Positions 38,660-51,200 of a stretch of 64,000 nucleotides of DNA are shown here, piece after piece. Each line of letters opens with the position of its first letter. Position 1 is the first letter of the stretch. A program made the translations under genes and the position numbers. The stretch lies in assembly GCA_013239625.1 (NCBI GenBank), contig MU053758.1:2480001-2544000 (forward strand). The letters are read 5' to 3'. The notes beneath the pieces were generated by a model. That model did not search any database and was not told the origin of the DNA. It worked only from the letters and a program-made list of their open reading frames with translations. Source of the stretch: Lama guanicoe. Lineage: Eukaryota.

Positions 38660-39910
38660 ATAGCCACCTCCGTCTCTGCAGCGGAAAGGCCCACCCGCTT
38701 CGCCAGGGGGCGCGCTTGCGGGGCTTGACTTTCTCCGCATCCGGCGCCGCCGAGGATGCGCTGCGATCCCCAGCCCGCGGGAGAAGGCTCGGAGGGCCCC
38801 ACACAGTGAGCCCATCCGTCGCGGGGCAAAGGGGTTTGCTCCCCATTGCGAGTCGGTGGGCTCAGGCAGGAGGCCTGAGCACCGCATCCAGGCACCTCAG
38901 GGGATCCAAGGGCGAAGGCCAGGCAGGGCCTCGCGGGCGCGGTGGGCTCGGGTCTCCCCGCCCCCTGGAACTCGCGCGCCCCGTCTCCCATGGCCGGAGC
39001 CCGCTCAGCCGCGCGGCTGCAGTGACACCCAGTGGCCGTGGCGTGAAGTGCGGGCGCCTCTCTGCTCCCGTTGTTCAATGCTCCCCATTGCGAGTCGGTG
39101 GGCTGGGTGGAGGCCTGTAGAGAACAGGCAGGTGTAAGGAGGCCTGAGCACCGCATCCAGGCACCTCAGGGGATCCAAGGGCGAAGGCCAGGCAGGGCCT
39201 CGCGGGCGCGGTGGGCTCGGGTCTCCCCGCCCCCTGGAACTCGCGCGCCCCGTCTCCCATGGCCGGAGCCCGCTCAGCCGCGCGGCTGCAGTGACACCCA
39301 GTGGCCGTGGCGTGAAGTGCGGGCGCCTCTCTGCTCCCGTTGTTCAAGTCCGCGCCTCTCGAGGTTCCCACTCGTGGTTACGAGCGGGCACCCCCAGGAG
39401 AGAAGGCCTCGCCTTGCAGACTGCCCCGCAGGGCACTTCCCCTTCCCCTCCTCCAGTTTCCTCCCCTGCAGTCGCCCGAGGGCTGGGAGATCCTGCAAGG
39501 CTGCAGTGCCCGGAAGGGCGGGGCGGGGCGCAGCGGCGGCGCTGGGCTGTGACCCTGAGCAGTTTCACTTCTGGATCCTGCTCAGGGTGTGATGGGAGTG
39601 TACCTGGGCTGGGGGAGGAGGGGGGACACACGGGAGTGCCAAGGTCCAGCGCTCGGGACCCCAGTGAGGGATGGGTTTTCACTCCTAGGGTGTCACGCGA
39701 CCCACGCCTTCCTCCATTTTCCACCCCGTCCTCCCCGCCCCAAGGGTTCCACTCCGCTGTCCCCCGAGCTGTCGCTCCTCCCCAGCAGCCGCCGCCTCCG
39801 CGGGGGCTGTCGACCCCCGGAGAGGCCCCGAGCGGCGTGGGCGGCAGGAGGAGCGAGCTGTGAAGCCGCAGGCAGGGGGTTAGGCTGCGGGCTGCTGAGA
39901 CGCAGAGCTG
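38660..39910. promoter_or_regulatory. Intergenic CpG island between the GRB7 and IKZF3 3' ends, with candidate CTCF core TCGCCAGGGGGCGC at 38700-38713
   Basis: Very high GC and CpG density over ~1.2 kb with no recognisable coding exon; GC boxes near 39518-39530. Confidence 0.7.
38837..39347. repeat. Head-to-tail tandem duplication, units 38837-39078 (242 bp) and 39079-39347 (269 bp)
   Basis: Both begin TGCTCCCCATTGCGAGTCGGTGGGCT and end CTGCTCCCGTTGTTCAA; unit 2 carries extra 20-nt and 7-nt segments. Confidence 0.95.
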
Positions 39911-42417
39911 TTTCTCAGAAGTGCCGCTGCCCCTCCCCTCACACCCCCCTCAACTCCCACCTCCCACCCCACCGCACCCCTTCCCCCCTCCGCCTGGCCT
40001 TCGCTTTCCTCTCCCAGGCGCCCCAACCTGGGAATCTGGTCACTGGGTCCACCAAGAGTTAAGAGGAAGTCCTGAGAGCCGACAGGGGCCCGGGGTTCAG
40101 ACTCAACCTAACTGCCCATATTCAGAGTTTCCCACTATTCCACTGTCACCTCCCTGTCCCCACCCCCACCTTGTGGGCCAGGATGGGAATTTCATAGAAC
40201 AGTTTTCTATGACCACTTGGGAAAATCATAGGCCGCCATCACCCTGGCTCCAGCGCCTCTGCTTCCTCCCAGTGCCCGAGTTTGATGGGGAAAGAAGGAA
40301 GGGGGAACAGGACCTTCTTCCTCTCCTGTTCTTGTTTCAGGATTATGGGAAAAGCCCGGCTGGAGCCATGCTAAGTCTCTGTTGGAAAGTGCTTCAGAGA
40401 TCCCTGACTCCAGGGGTAAATCAAGGCCCAGCGAGGGAAAGCAAAGTACCCAGGGTCACCAGCAGGGCTGGGATAGGAACCCAGGAGTCCAAATGCCCAG
40501 CTGGAGTTTGCATTAGGCCGTCATTTGCTTTACTGAGACTTCGAGCTCTGCTGGATCCACTGACTCTGCCTGCTTTCCCCCAACACACATACACACACAC
40601 CCCCCTAGGAGTCTAGGGGAGGGCAGTGAGGGTTTGTGAATGAGAGGGAGGTGGAGGTGCTGAGACTGTGATTCCGGCGGGGGGGGGCATAGCATGGGAA
40701 TCAAGGCAATGGAAGGACCAGCCTGGGGGTGAGGTGGCTTCTGCCCCCCTAGTTCCCATCCACCAGCCGCCCCAGGGCTGTGGTTTATTTGACTAGGCAG
40801 CTCTTCTGGGCCAGGGGGCCTGGGGGTGGGGTTGAGGGGGGAGGTGAGGTGATGGGAAAAGACTGCTCTGGGGCTTCCTGCCCCCTCAGTCCTGGGGAAG
40901 GGGGGCAATTTACATCACCCGCAGGCCCTCTAACCTCCATTCTTTCCACTGCAGGCTCTTTCCTTGGTTCTGTTCATGTTATTCTGGGGGAAGTTCTGTT
41001 ATTTTGGGGGAAGGGAGGCAGCTGCCTACTTCACAGGTCAAGACAGAGTTAAAAACAAAACCGCAGCAAATTCAACACCCCGTGTCCTTCAGGGACTTTC
41101 CATGACACCTTCCTTCCCCCCTCTCCCCTGAGCCAGGGAGTACCTCCCCAGAGGGCCTCCCCACCCCAGGTGCAGTGGCTTTTGGCTTTTATGCAAACAA
41201 CTGTCTGACCGGGAATGCTCTGCAGCTTGACCTGGTGTCAGGTCCTGACTGCAAGAGCTCCTCCACCATCACTCAGTTCCTGGCCTTCCCAGAATTCTCA
41301 CCTCCACTTTTCCCAGACTCTGGATCCAAGGGGGTGGGAGGGAGGGAAGGGAGCTAGGTCCTTGTCCCCCTGTCTGCCCTCCGGTGGCAGTTGCCTGCAG
41401 GTGGGTGAATGGTCTGGTTGTGTTGAGTGATGGGGGAGGGGGAGGGTGCAGGTGTGGGGTGGTCCCCCCTCCACCTGCCAGGCCCACCACCTTCTAAAGC
41501 ATCAACTTAGTTCCCAAGAATTAGTAAAGGATCCTCAGGCTGGAAGGAGGTCCATTTAGCCCCGGCCCCAGTGTCAGCGCCAGCCAGCTGCAGAGCATCC
41601 TCCTGGACAAAGGGGGAGTCTCCTCGCCTCTCTCTTTTCTCCCTGAGCTGTTTCTGCTTTAGGAAGGAAGTGAGGATGGGGAAGGCCACATACCATCCTC
41701 TCCAAGGCTAAAAATCAGCCACCGAGGGGCCGTTTTTGGAATGTATTTCATGTTCCAATACAAAGGCAGGCTGCAATGACATTCGTCTCCCCCTACCCTT
41801 AGTGCTGAGACTGGAAAGCCGGCTGGAGAGCCTCAGGACAGTCTGGTGGTACTGAAATGAGGGAGATGGTGCTGGACACAGAGCCCGCGAAAGCCGCCAC
41901 CAGCCTGGCCCAGGCCAGCCAATCCTAAAACTTCAGAAATGGCTTCCTCTTGCCTGTATCCCGGAGGAGGGGAAGGTGTTCTGGGTGAGGCTGAGGGGAG
42001 GCTCTCAGAAGCTTTTCTGACCTTTTCTGAGAGAGAACAGAGGATATCTAGCCAGGAAGAGAGCCGCATTATCCCTGGGCCATCCTCCTAGGTCTCTCTC
42101 CAGTCCCAGACCTTAGAGGTGGGCCTCCGAGTACCTGCAGACTATGTTTCAATGTGGCTGAGTTCAACTGCAAGTTGAGTTTCCCAGCGAGGATGTTTCT
42201 GAGACCCCAGAGATGGAAAAATCAGGACTTGCCTATCTTTTAGGAAGAATCCTTGCTGGGAGGGCAGGTAGGGTGGTATTTGGGGAGACACCATACCCCC
42301 AGGACCCCTTGGGTCCCGTTAGTGAACTAATCAGTGCACCTGGGACCCCACCATGGGGACAGGGGGGCCAGCAGCAGGATGCCAGTAGCGGGCTCAGCCA
42401 GGCATCAGGCAAGATGT

Positions 42418-45400
42418 TTTATTTTGATGATAATTTCATTTAGCTGGGCATTGGAACTTTAAGAAATAGAGGGGCTGAATTAAGAAAAATGTTCCTGGGG
42501 GCAGAACTAAACCCTTCCATTTTCTGACAGCGGTAACTACAAAATGAGAGGCAGGCACAATGACTAATTTTAAACACACCAGTACTTTTTTTTTTTTATT
42601 TTTCAGGGTAAAAATCAAACATTGATAGAAAAACCTTGAAAACTATCAGCAGGGTGGTCTTTGACGCAGGGATGTACTCGTTAGGGTTCTGGCAAGGTTA
42701 GCATGGCTACGTTTCAGAAGCTGATTCTTTACATAGTCTTTACAGAGGAGGAGGGCGCCTTACAGGGTTCCAAGCGGCTAGACTCCAGGTAAAACATGAG
42801 AGGAGTCAAGAGGGAAGGTCATTGCTGAGCAGAGAGGGCATTTCTGAGAAACCCAGATGAGAGTGCTGTGGGCACAGCCTGTGTCAAAACCACTCAGCAA
42901 GGTCTCCTTCCCTCACTCCTGGTGGGAAGGCTGCCCTGAGCCCCAAACCGCCGTCCCTTCCCCGCCCCTCCCCCGCCTCATCATTCTGCAGACAAGGGTC
43001 ATCCACAGACCACACGTGTGGTGGCTTTGGCAAGCAGAAATTAAAAATAAGCTATGGTTTTTCCAGTAGCCAAAATGATCCCTCACCAAAGCTCACAGAC
43101 TGAGAACTTGAGCATGCAAAACCACAGTCTGGGTGAAGGGATGTCTGCTTTTCAAATGACCTGCTAATTCTTTGCAACCCACAGTCATTTGGTTTCTGTG
43201 AACCCACAGAAGCAGGCCCACCGAAAAGGGCCCTGTCTGCTAATGTGGAGAAGTCCTTGAAAAAATGAGTCATTGGCAATGGGATCAGTCACTTTCAAGG
43301 CCGCCCCATTTTCCTGACATGTTAAGATGTTCGTTCTCAGTCTTTAGGAGAGGAAGAAGCAAAGCTGAACCTACGGCCACACTATGAAGGAGTCCCCGCA
43401 GATGGGTGGTGTGAACTTGGGAGAAGGTGGGTGGCATCGTGGGACTGCTCCCCGGGCTTTCTAAACTGAGGTGGATGGAGAGATGGACAGCGAGGGCAGT
43501 TTGAAGAAACTCTAAGTTGCTTGGAGAATTAATAGTCGAGGACTCCTACGATGCTGAGGGAGGAAAGCTAATCTACTCCCCTGGCTGCAAAGCCATGAAG
43601 TATCTGTAGCATGTGGGTAACACACATTGGTTCTAAGGTTCAGCACAGTCTTTACTCTTAGGCATTAAAACAACATGAAGGAAACTGTGTGTTAGAGGTC
43701 AGTTGCCTCCACTGGCAAGGGAATTACTATTATGGTCCTAGTCTGGTCTTTGAATATTTTCCATGTCTTTAAATCCAGATACAGGACATATAGTGAAAAT
43801 TTTGCAACCATCCAACATAATCCGCCCCACCCTACCCCACACAAACAAAGTAACATTACCCAATAGACAAAATTACATAAAACCTCACAACATCCTTGAG
43901 AGGTAGATATTGTTATGTCCTTACATTTTTTTTTAATCAAAATATTAACATTCCAGTTTCAAATAACTACTCAATATCAGTGGATAAGATAGTCCACTAT
44001 TGTAATATTTAGAGGAAACGTGCATCCAGCTTCTTCAAAGTGCAACGACCTGTTTCTCATGCTGATGACACAGTGTGGCACAGGCTGTACACAGCTTGGG
44101 GAAACAGACGTACAGTGCTGTGAGCTCACACAAGATGAAAGCATACATCTCTCTTCTAGGCTCTTCCAAGTCCACAGTCTCCAACCCTGAGTTCACTGAT
44201 CATTCTCAAAATTGTTCAGTCTGTTAGGCTTAGAGAACAGAGTCCTCTCCCAGGGATGGCCAAGTGTAGCGTGTGGTTTCAGGTCAAAATTGTCCTCTTT
44301 ACAGGCACTGAAACCCCAAATCATTCTGCTTTTCTGACCTCTGCCTATAGAGATTCTCTGAACTACACTTTCTGTCTGAGCACAAAAATAGCTCATTTTT
44401 TAAAAGAGAAGAGAGATCACTATGTTATATCTTATCTTCTTCTGTACAGTCTGATTCTATTTTCTAGGACAAAATTTTCATCAGTCCACTTTCTTTTCTC
44501 TTCTTGAGTTCCCAGCTCCTAATTCTGAGTCTTTTTTGGAAGAGCTTGGACTCGTGACGACTGAAAACTTGAGTGTCCCAGAGTTTCCAGATCTCCATTA
44601 GAGACCAACATTCCTGCTCTCAGGAGGGTACACTTTAAAGTTAGGACTTTACACATTAAACATTCAGCATTTCCATTACAGTCTTACTGCGTGGCCTGGG
44701 ATATATATCAGAAGTACTGCTTTTGTTCTCTGAAAACACTCTAAACCTCACATTTAGCAGGGGGTAAAAAGAAAAAACAAAACAAAACAAACAAAAACAG
44801 GGGAGGAGAATAAGAATGGTGATACAGAGGCTACCTGGAAAAAGCTATGTGGATGTGAGATTTGTTAATAACACAATGTTTCGACTGAGCATGACTTTGT
44901 GTTTTTAAACCTTTCTCTTTGCAAAAGAAATCAGGGGTCATATTACACCTAGGCCTGGCAAAATGTTAAGCCCTGCATTTAAAAGGTGAGACATTTTGTC
45001 ACTGACAAAATCAGAAGCTGGGTCAGGAACAGCCCAGAATGGGTAACGGGGCATGAGATTAGCTAGCTTATCTGTATCCAGGCTAATATCTTTTTGGGAG
45101 AATGACTTAAAGGATCTGTAGACTGGTGGACTTATTAATATCTTTTTTCCCCCTGGTGGTGGTGGTAGAGGGTAATGGGGAGACACTTCTATTTAGTTCT
45201 CTGCCAGGAGGAAACACCTAGGCGACACCTCGGAGAGCGATAAGGAACATCAGGGGAGCCAGGTCTCGTCCTTTTCCACCCTCACCCCGAGTCTGCCGTC
45301 CTGGATGTAAGGAAACTTCTAATGGGTTTGATCGTTCCTCAGATTTCAGCCTCCTGGGTGTGTGGTGGGAGGCCTGGCAAGTAAGAGGATTGGTGGGAAA

Positions 45401-48243
45401 TGGAGAGAGAAGACCTACCAGGCTTATGTTCCTCAGGACTCTGGCGAAGAAAGGAGATGTGCTGTCTGAAGCTGCCCCAGGACCTCACCGTCCAGCAGGG
45501 TCAGATGTGACTCTTGCCCCGCCCTTCTCTCTGGGCCTCTTGCTAAGATTCTCCTTCACCTTCTTTCCCACCCTCAGCAAAGGAAAGGCATTAAGTAGGA
45601 TCAGGAGTGCCTGCAGGAGTATGTGTTTACCTGTATGGTGGTAACCACAACAAACCAGCTGGTTCAATTTTAAGATTTAAGAATGTCGAGTTTCCAGAAA
45701 CAGGTTTTCTCTGGACTTGGTGTGTCCCAGTCTAGGCTCAGAACGCTACAAGGAAAGTGCAGCCTGTGTGAGTGGTTGACCCCACTCAGAAAACTGACCT
45801 CAAGAATGGAAATCATTCGGAAAATCCATGAGTCACAGGGAAGATGAAGGTCATGTCTACACAGAGTCCCCAGGTTCGTGGGATAGGCCTCAGTTTCGCT
45901 ATCTTAAGGTGCAGAAGTTGGTCTCTTCATTAAAGACTTTCCCACTAATCCGGTGGAAGTGCTCGCTTCCCCTAGCTTTCTCTCCTACTAATCCTTGCTT
46001 CCAAATTCTCTTTTGTCCCCTGAAGAGTCAACAGGATGTGTGCTATTTCAAGAATATAATGAGCAGCTCCTCTTTCACAATGGGTATAAGCAACCTGGTG
46101 TAGCTGTAGTCCAGGATTACGGAAATACAGTGATGTACTGGAGACTACACACCGAAATACGTCTAGTCTTTTCGCTGAAATCTCAAACATGTTGGGACCG
46201 TTGCCATGGAATTTCACAAAGTCTTTTTTTCCTGAGACAGACGCCACGCTACAAAGAAGGCTAAGCCATTTGTGCAGTCTGAGGTGGAACGTTTTAATTA
46301 CTGGCAGCACATAAACGAGTTGAGTTCGAGCCTAATGCATAAGCCCTTTTGAAATATCAAGGCAGATACATGAAACGCTAATCTACCAGGAATTCGGGAT
46401 TCTTGGCTCTGGTAGAAATGTGCACACAGCTGACTCTTCATTTGTAAATAGGTTCCCTGAAGTTGTCCCTGGAAGCAGAATTTATTTTCCCTAACATGAG
46501 TTCTTTAAAAGGAAAGAAGAAGAAGAAGAAGAAAAGGCTTTGGCAAGCAGCTGCAGGTGCCCCTTTGTGTGTACACTTTGGGGCAAGATCAAAATACCTT
46601 CCTGTTTTTTGTTCCTCCGCACCATCCTCCTCACACTCACAACTCAGTGGTTAAAGGAAAAACTTGACAATACTACCCTTTTCACACCAAAGCAATGCGA
46701 AACACGTATTCATATACATCCTCTTCTGCTTAATATCCTTACATTAAGAGGTTTAAAAAAAATAATTGTGGCTACTGCAGAATCACGTAAATTTAAAGCT
46801 GGAAAGGATCTTAGAGAACATCTCAATCCAAGTCTTAATTCTATGGTTGAGGAAACTTAATTTTAAGAGTTAAGTCATCTGCCCCAAGTTATTTGGCTAA
46901 TTAGTGGCAAATATGGAATTGGCGAACAGATTTCGTGACTCTTATCCCAGTGCTAATTTTACAATTATCGTAACCCTCTTCCTTGATAGCATGTCTCCCA
47001 TAATTAATGATGAAGATGGCTGACGCATCTGCAGAACCAAGGTCAGACTTTCAGGAATCTTTGTGGAACACAACAGCTCCACTCAGAATGGGGGGAGGGT
47101 GGGACCCCAATCTGCCTGACCAAGGAGAGCCTGCCAGCAGGGGTGCTCCCCTCCTCACCCCATCCTGAGGCTCAGCTCTGATCATGGCATCTGTCCCTGA
47201 TTCCTTTCCTGTGGGGAAGGGAAAATGAAGTCATACTTTTTGGATTCTTTGGTTTTTTTGGGGTTTTTTTTGTCAAAAAAATCGTTGGCAAGTGTGCTTT
47301 GGGTTTGTGCAGCAATACTCCATGAAGGAGATGAAATGCTTTCAGGTGGTGGTTCCTGCCTCTCTTCCATCCCAGGTGCTGCTGCTAAATCTTCTCCCCC
47401 ACCCCCACCCCCCAGAACCACGCCTGCCAATCTTGATCATCAGAAATGGATGCCATCATCCCCAGTGGAAAACCTCCTGGGGTTCCAGTGATGGTCTGTA
47501 TGTAAACCATTGATTCTTCTGATACGGAGTTTCTCCTCTCCATGAATGCTTTGACTCAGAGCAGCTTTTAATTGGAGATGAGAGGATAAAGAGTAGAAGT
47601 CTTATGTCAGATGATTTTTTTTTTTTTGCTTGTATGCTAAGTGGATCTGATGCTTGGAGACTAGGGGTTGGTTACTGGTAACCTGTTTTATGGCTTTTCT
47701 TTTCCTTACTGTTAGACTGTCATTTGAGGTGGGGGAATTATATCCTAACCCTTCAGCCTTGTGAAGTGCAGAAGGGCAAGTCTTCCCAGCAAGGCCTGCT
47801 GGTCAGCTCTTCTATGTGGACCACAGCATGTGACAGAAAGTCTTTTCTACATATGGCTGATGTAGCTCAGAAGAAATGTCTCATGCAGCACAACCAGGGG
47901 ATTCTTCCAGTTGGCAGCAAACTCCAAAGGAGACCTGTTCTATTGCTGCAAAAGATAATGACCAGATACTTCATTGGCTTTTAAACATCATAAAATTCCA
48001 GTGCCTGATGGGAGAACAAAGGTTTCACAAAAGTAGCAACGTGTTGTATCTGCAAACAACTTCTGAATGGGGACAGCCGTTCTCTGTTGCCCCTGTGAAT
48101 GAGACCCTTTGGATGCTAAAAAATGGTATGGAAAGGGGTTTGGAACTGAGTTTGTTTTCAGAGTGATTTGTTAGGCGGGGGTATTATCAGTTTTTAAAAA
48201 TGCTGTTGAATGCTCAAGCGTGCATCACCTGTGGGCCCGGTGT
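42418..48243 (-). other. IKZF3: Probable long IKZF3 3' UTR; distal end uncertain (candidate AATAAA at 42418-42423, 42595-42600 or 40784-40789)
   Basis: Repeat-poor sequence downstream of the IKZF3 stop; human IKZF3 has a multi-kb 3' UTR. The end cannot be fixed from sequence alone. Confidence 0.5.
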
Positions 48244-51200
48244 TCACTTCAGCATGGCTCTGTGTTCTCCTCTGGCTATGTGGGACGAGAACTCATAGCG
48301 ATCGTGGCTTCGATATCCACACATGTTACACTCGAAAGGGTCACGAAAGCCGTGGCAACCCATGTGAATTGTGAACATCACGTAATCCAGGAAGAGGACT
48401 CGACAGTGGTCACACCGGTACACATCCATCACCTCCCCTTCTTTGTTGATCACTTTGATGGAGTCTCTTGGGCAGATGGGTGGGGGCTTGAGGAGTTCAT
48501 AAGAGCGGGGGACCTCCTTCAGAAGTGGCATCCCATTGCGGACCCGGGGAGGGACCATGTGATTTTGCTGGTAGATGTGATTCTGGCGTTCCTCGTGGTT
48601 GCTGTCAGTGTCCGTGGAGTCATGGCCACTGTTGTTGGGGGAGAGGCCTCTTTCAGAAGGCAGGCTCTTCTCTGGCAGGTGGACGTTCTTCTTTTCCAGG
48701 TCCTGGGGGGCACCATTTGGCATCTCGGCTCGGGTAAGAGCTATGGGATACATGCTACTGATAACCGGGACCATCTCCGAGGTGGGAGCAGGCGGTGTCT
48801 GGACCAAGGGACGCAGGGCTTCGGCACCGAGATAGCTGATGGCGTTGTTGATGGCCTGGTCCATCATTCGGGTCTGCATCATCTCATTCTCTTTCTCGTA
48901 CATATAGCTGGGGTTGTAGCTGACGTCAAAGCAGTGGCGCTTCTCACCTAGAACAAGGGAGACAAAGAGTGACGGAAGGAACGGCACAAAGGCAGACAGT
49001 TTGTAAGATTATTTTCCAGAGTCCATGAAAAGACAGGAAGGACAAGTGGCCTGCGAAGGAAGACCCAGCCCAGGCCGAACCCAGGTTCCGTTACGGTGCT
49101 AACGGCTCAGGGGACAGTGCTTGACGGCACACATCTGGATGGTCACAATAACTTAAGCCAGCAGACAAAAGGGAGAGTGAGAGATGTCATTAGAGTGAGG
49201 CTACCACAGGAGCTGTTTCCACTGCTCATGTCAGAAGGGAACTCTGGAGAGAAAGGAAACGAGAGGACACCAGGAGGGGGCTTGGAGCAGGCAGGGGAGC
49301 TACCGGTGTGCAGGAGTGCGGGGACCTCTGCACCTCTGCTGTTCCGAACTCTTAAGACAGTCAGTTCCCGAACTCTTAGCCTGCTGGTTACTTTCTGCTT
49401 GTAATACTAGGGAGGCGGGGGCCAGAAGTGCTGCAAAACCTGGGGATGCTCAGCCACTGGCCTCGGCAGCTTTTCAAATAGCTGCAGAGGCAGAAAAAAT
49501 AGTCCCCTAGACTCCAACTTACCACTCCCCAAACACATCAGTCACCATCCTGGCTGAAATTTAAATAAAAGGGTTTTCACGTGTATAGGGTTTTAGAAAG
49601 GCTTTCTCGATGAAAGAGCACGATGATCTTTGTCCTCTTCACAAAGGGTGTTATTCTTCTTTTGCTTGAAAAGATGTATCATTGATGCATAGGTGATCAT
49701 TAGGGCTTATCTCACATTTAACTGAAAAATTTATTTGTGGTCACCCTCTCCTAGTTCTCATGTCAAACTGCTGAGAAATTTTGAAAACAGAGTTTAGCCA
49801 CCTTTAGGGTGTGTGGGTGTTGTGTGTTAGAAAACAGAGGCTCTCTGGCCACAGGGCAGGCAGGAGCGGGGTCTGCAGTGAGGGCAGGTGTGCGCAATGG
49901 GGAGTGGCTGGAAGGGGCAAGAGAAGGCGGGGAAGACGTGGCAGGGGGTGGAAGTGAGGCTACGGTTACTCCTGATGCTCTTCCACTCCGTAGATGCTGA
50001 ATTCTGAGAGATCTGCCGAACCACATCCTCTCCTCTCTAACATTTCCTAGGCATGTTGTGATTCCCAAACTTGTCACTGCCATACAGTAAAGAGTCCAGG
50101 GATGAAAATACACAAGAAAACAGGAAGGACTGGAAGAGCCAAGTTTCTGTTCTTGAGGCCTCTCCAATCCAAAGGGGAGAGAAGTAAGACCTGGATACCT
50201 GGAATTGGAGAAAAGTAAATGTTAAAAGTTGTGAAAGGGCTGTCTTGCTCCATGGAAGCTTTTGATTTTATTCTGAATGCCATGTTTGAGGTATTTAAGC
50301 TGGTGGGTAACATGTCTTCTGTAAAAGAATTATAAGGCAAGGACAGGGTGGTTTGGTACCAAATGTATAGTTAAATGTTAAGTGAATGCAAAAAAAAAAA
50401 TTCAGGAGTACTTGGGGAAGGGCAAGCGTTCGTGGAAAACCTCAGGTTTGAGAAGAGTCTTGATGAGCTGGTAGGGTGTAGATTTTCAGAGAGGCAGAAG
50501 AGACACCCTATTTGAGGGATGAGCGTGAATGAAGCCCGGAAAGTACGACCAGCCAGGACGAGAGCAGGGAGGAGTAGGCGAGTCTGGCTCCAGCTGTATC
50601 AGGACGTGTGGGATAAAGCAGTTCTCAAACTTCACTTACCCCTTCACGTTCTGCAGTACTCACACCCCACAGTGATGTGGTGGCCGAGAGCATGAGCTCT
50701 AGAGTCAGATGGTATGGATGTCTCATTACTAGTTGTAATGAGACAGCGTGTGTGTGACCTGGGCAACTTACTTAACCTGGCTCCGCGTGGTCATGTCAAA
50801 TGGGGGTAATCATTGTATCTACGTCAACTGAGTGCTGAGAACAGTGCCCGGCACCTAGAAAGCACTTTGGTAAATGTTTGGGTTTTTTATTTTGTTTGAA
50901 TCAGCTCGCATTTTCTTTTTTTTTAAATTTTTTTCTTTTATTACTTTTTGTTTGTGTGGGTTTTTTTTTTTGAGTGGGCAGGAGATCATTAGGTTTATTT
51001 ATTTAATGGAGGTAATGGGAGATTGAACCCAGGACCTCATGCATGCTGAGCACGCTCTCTACTGCTGAGCTATACCCTACCCCCTCACATTTTCTTTCTT
51101 TTCTGCTAAAAGAAACTTGTTTTTTAAGGAAACTTTATATCACTAACATAAATGGAAAACCAGAATCACTTGCCACAAACAGAAGGTAACTATGAAAAAA

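Noticed and set aside
38363..40616. Several 160-230 aa ORFs over and beside the CpG island, some with repeated peptides
   Set aside because: Stop-codon scarcity in GC-rich DNA; the repeated peptides only reflect the tandem duplication.
48220..48951. 243-aa plus-strand ORF
   Set aside because: Antisense shadow of the IKZF3 last exon.
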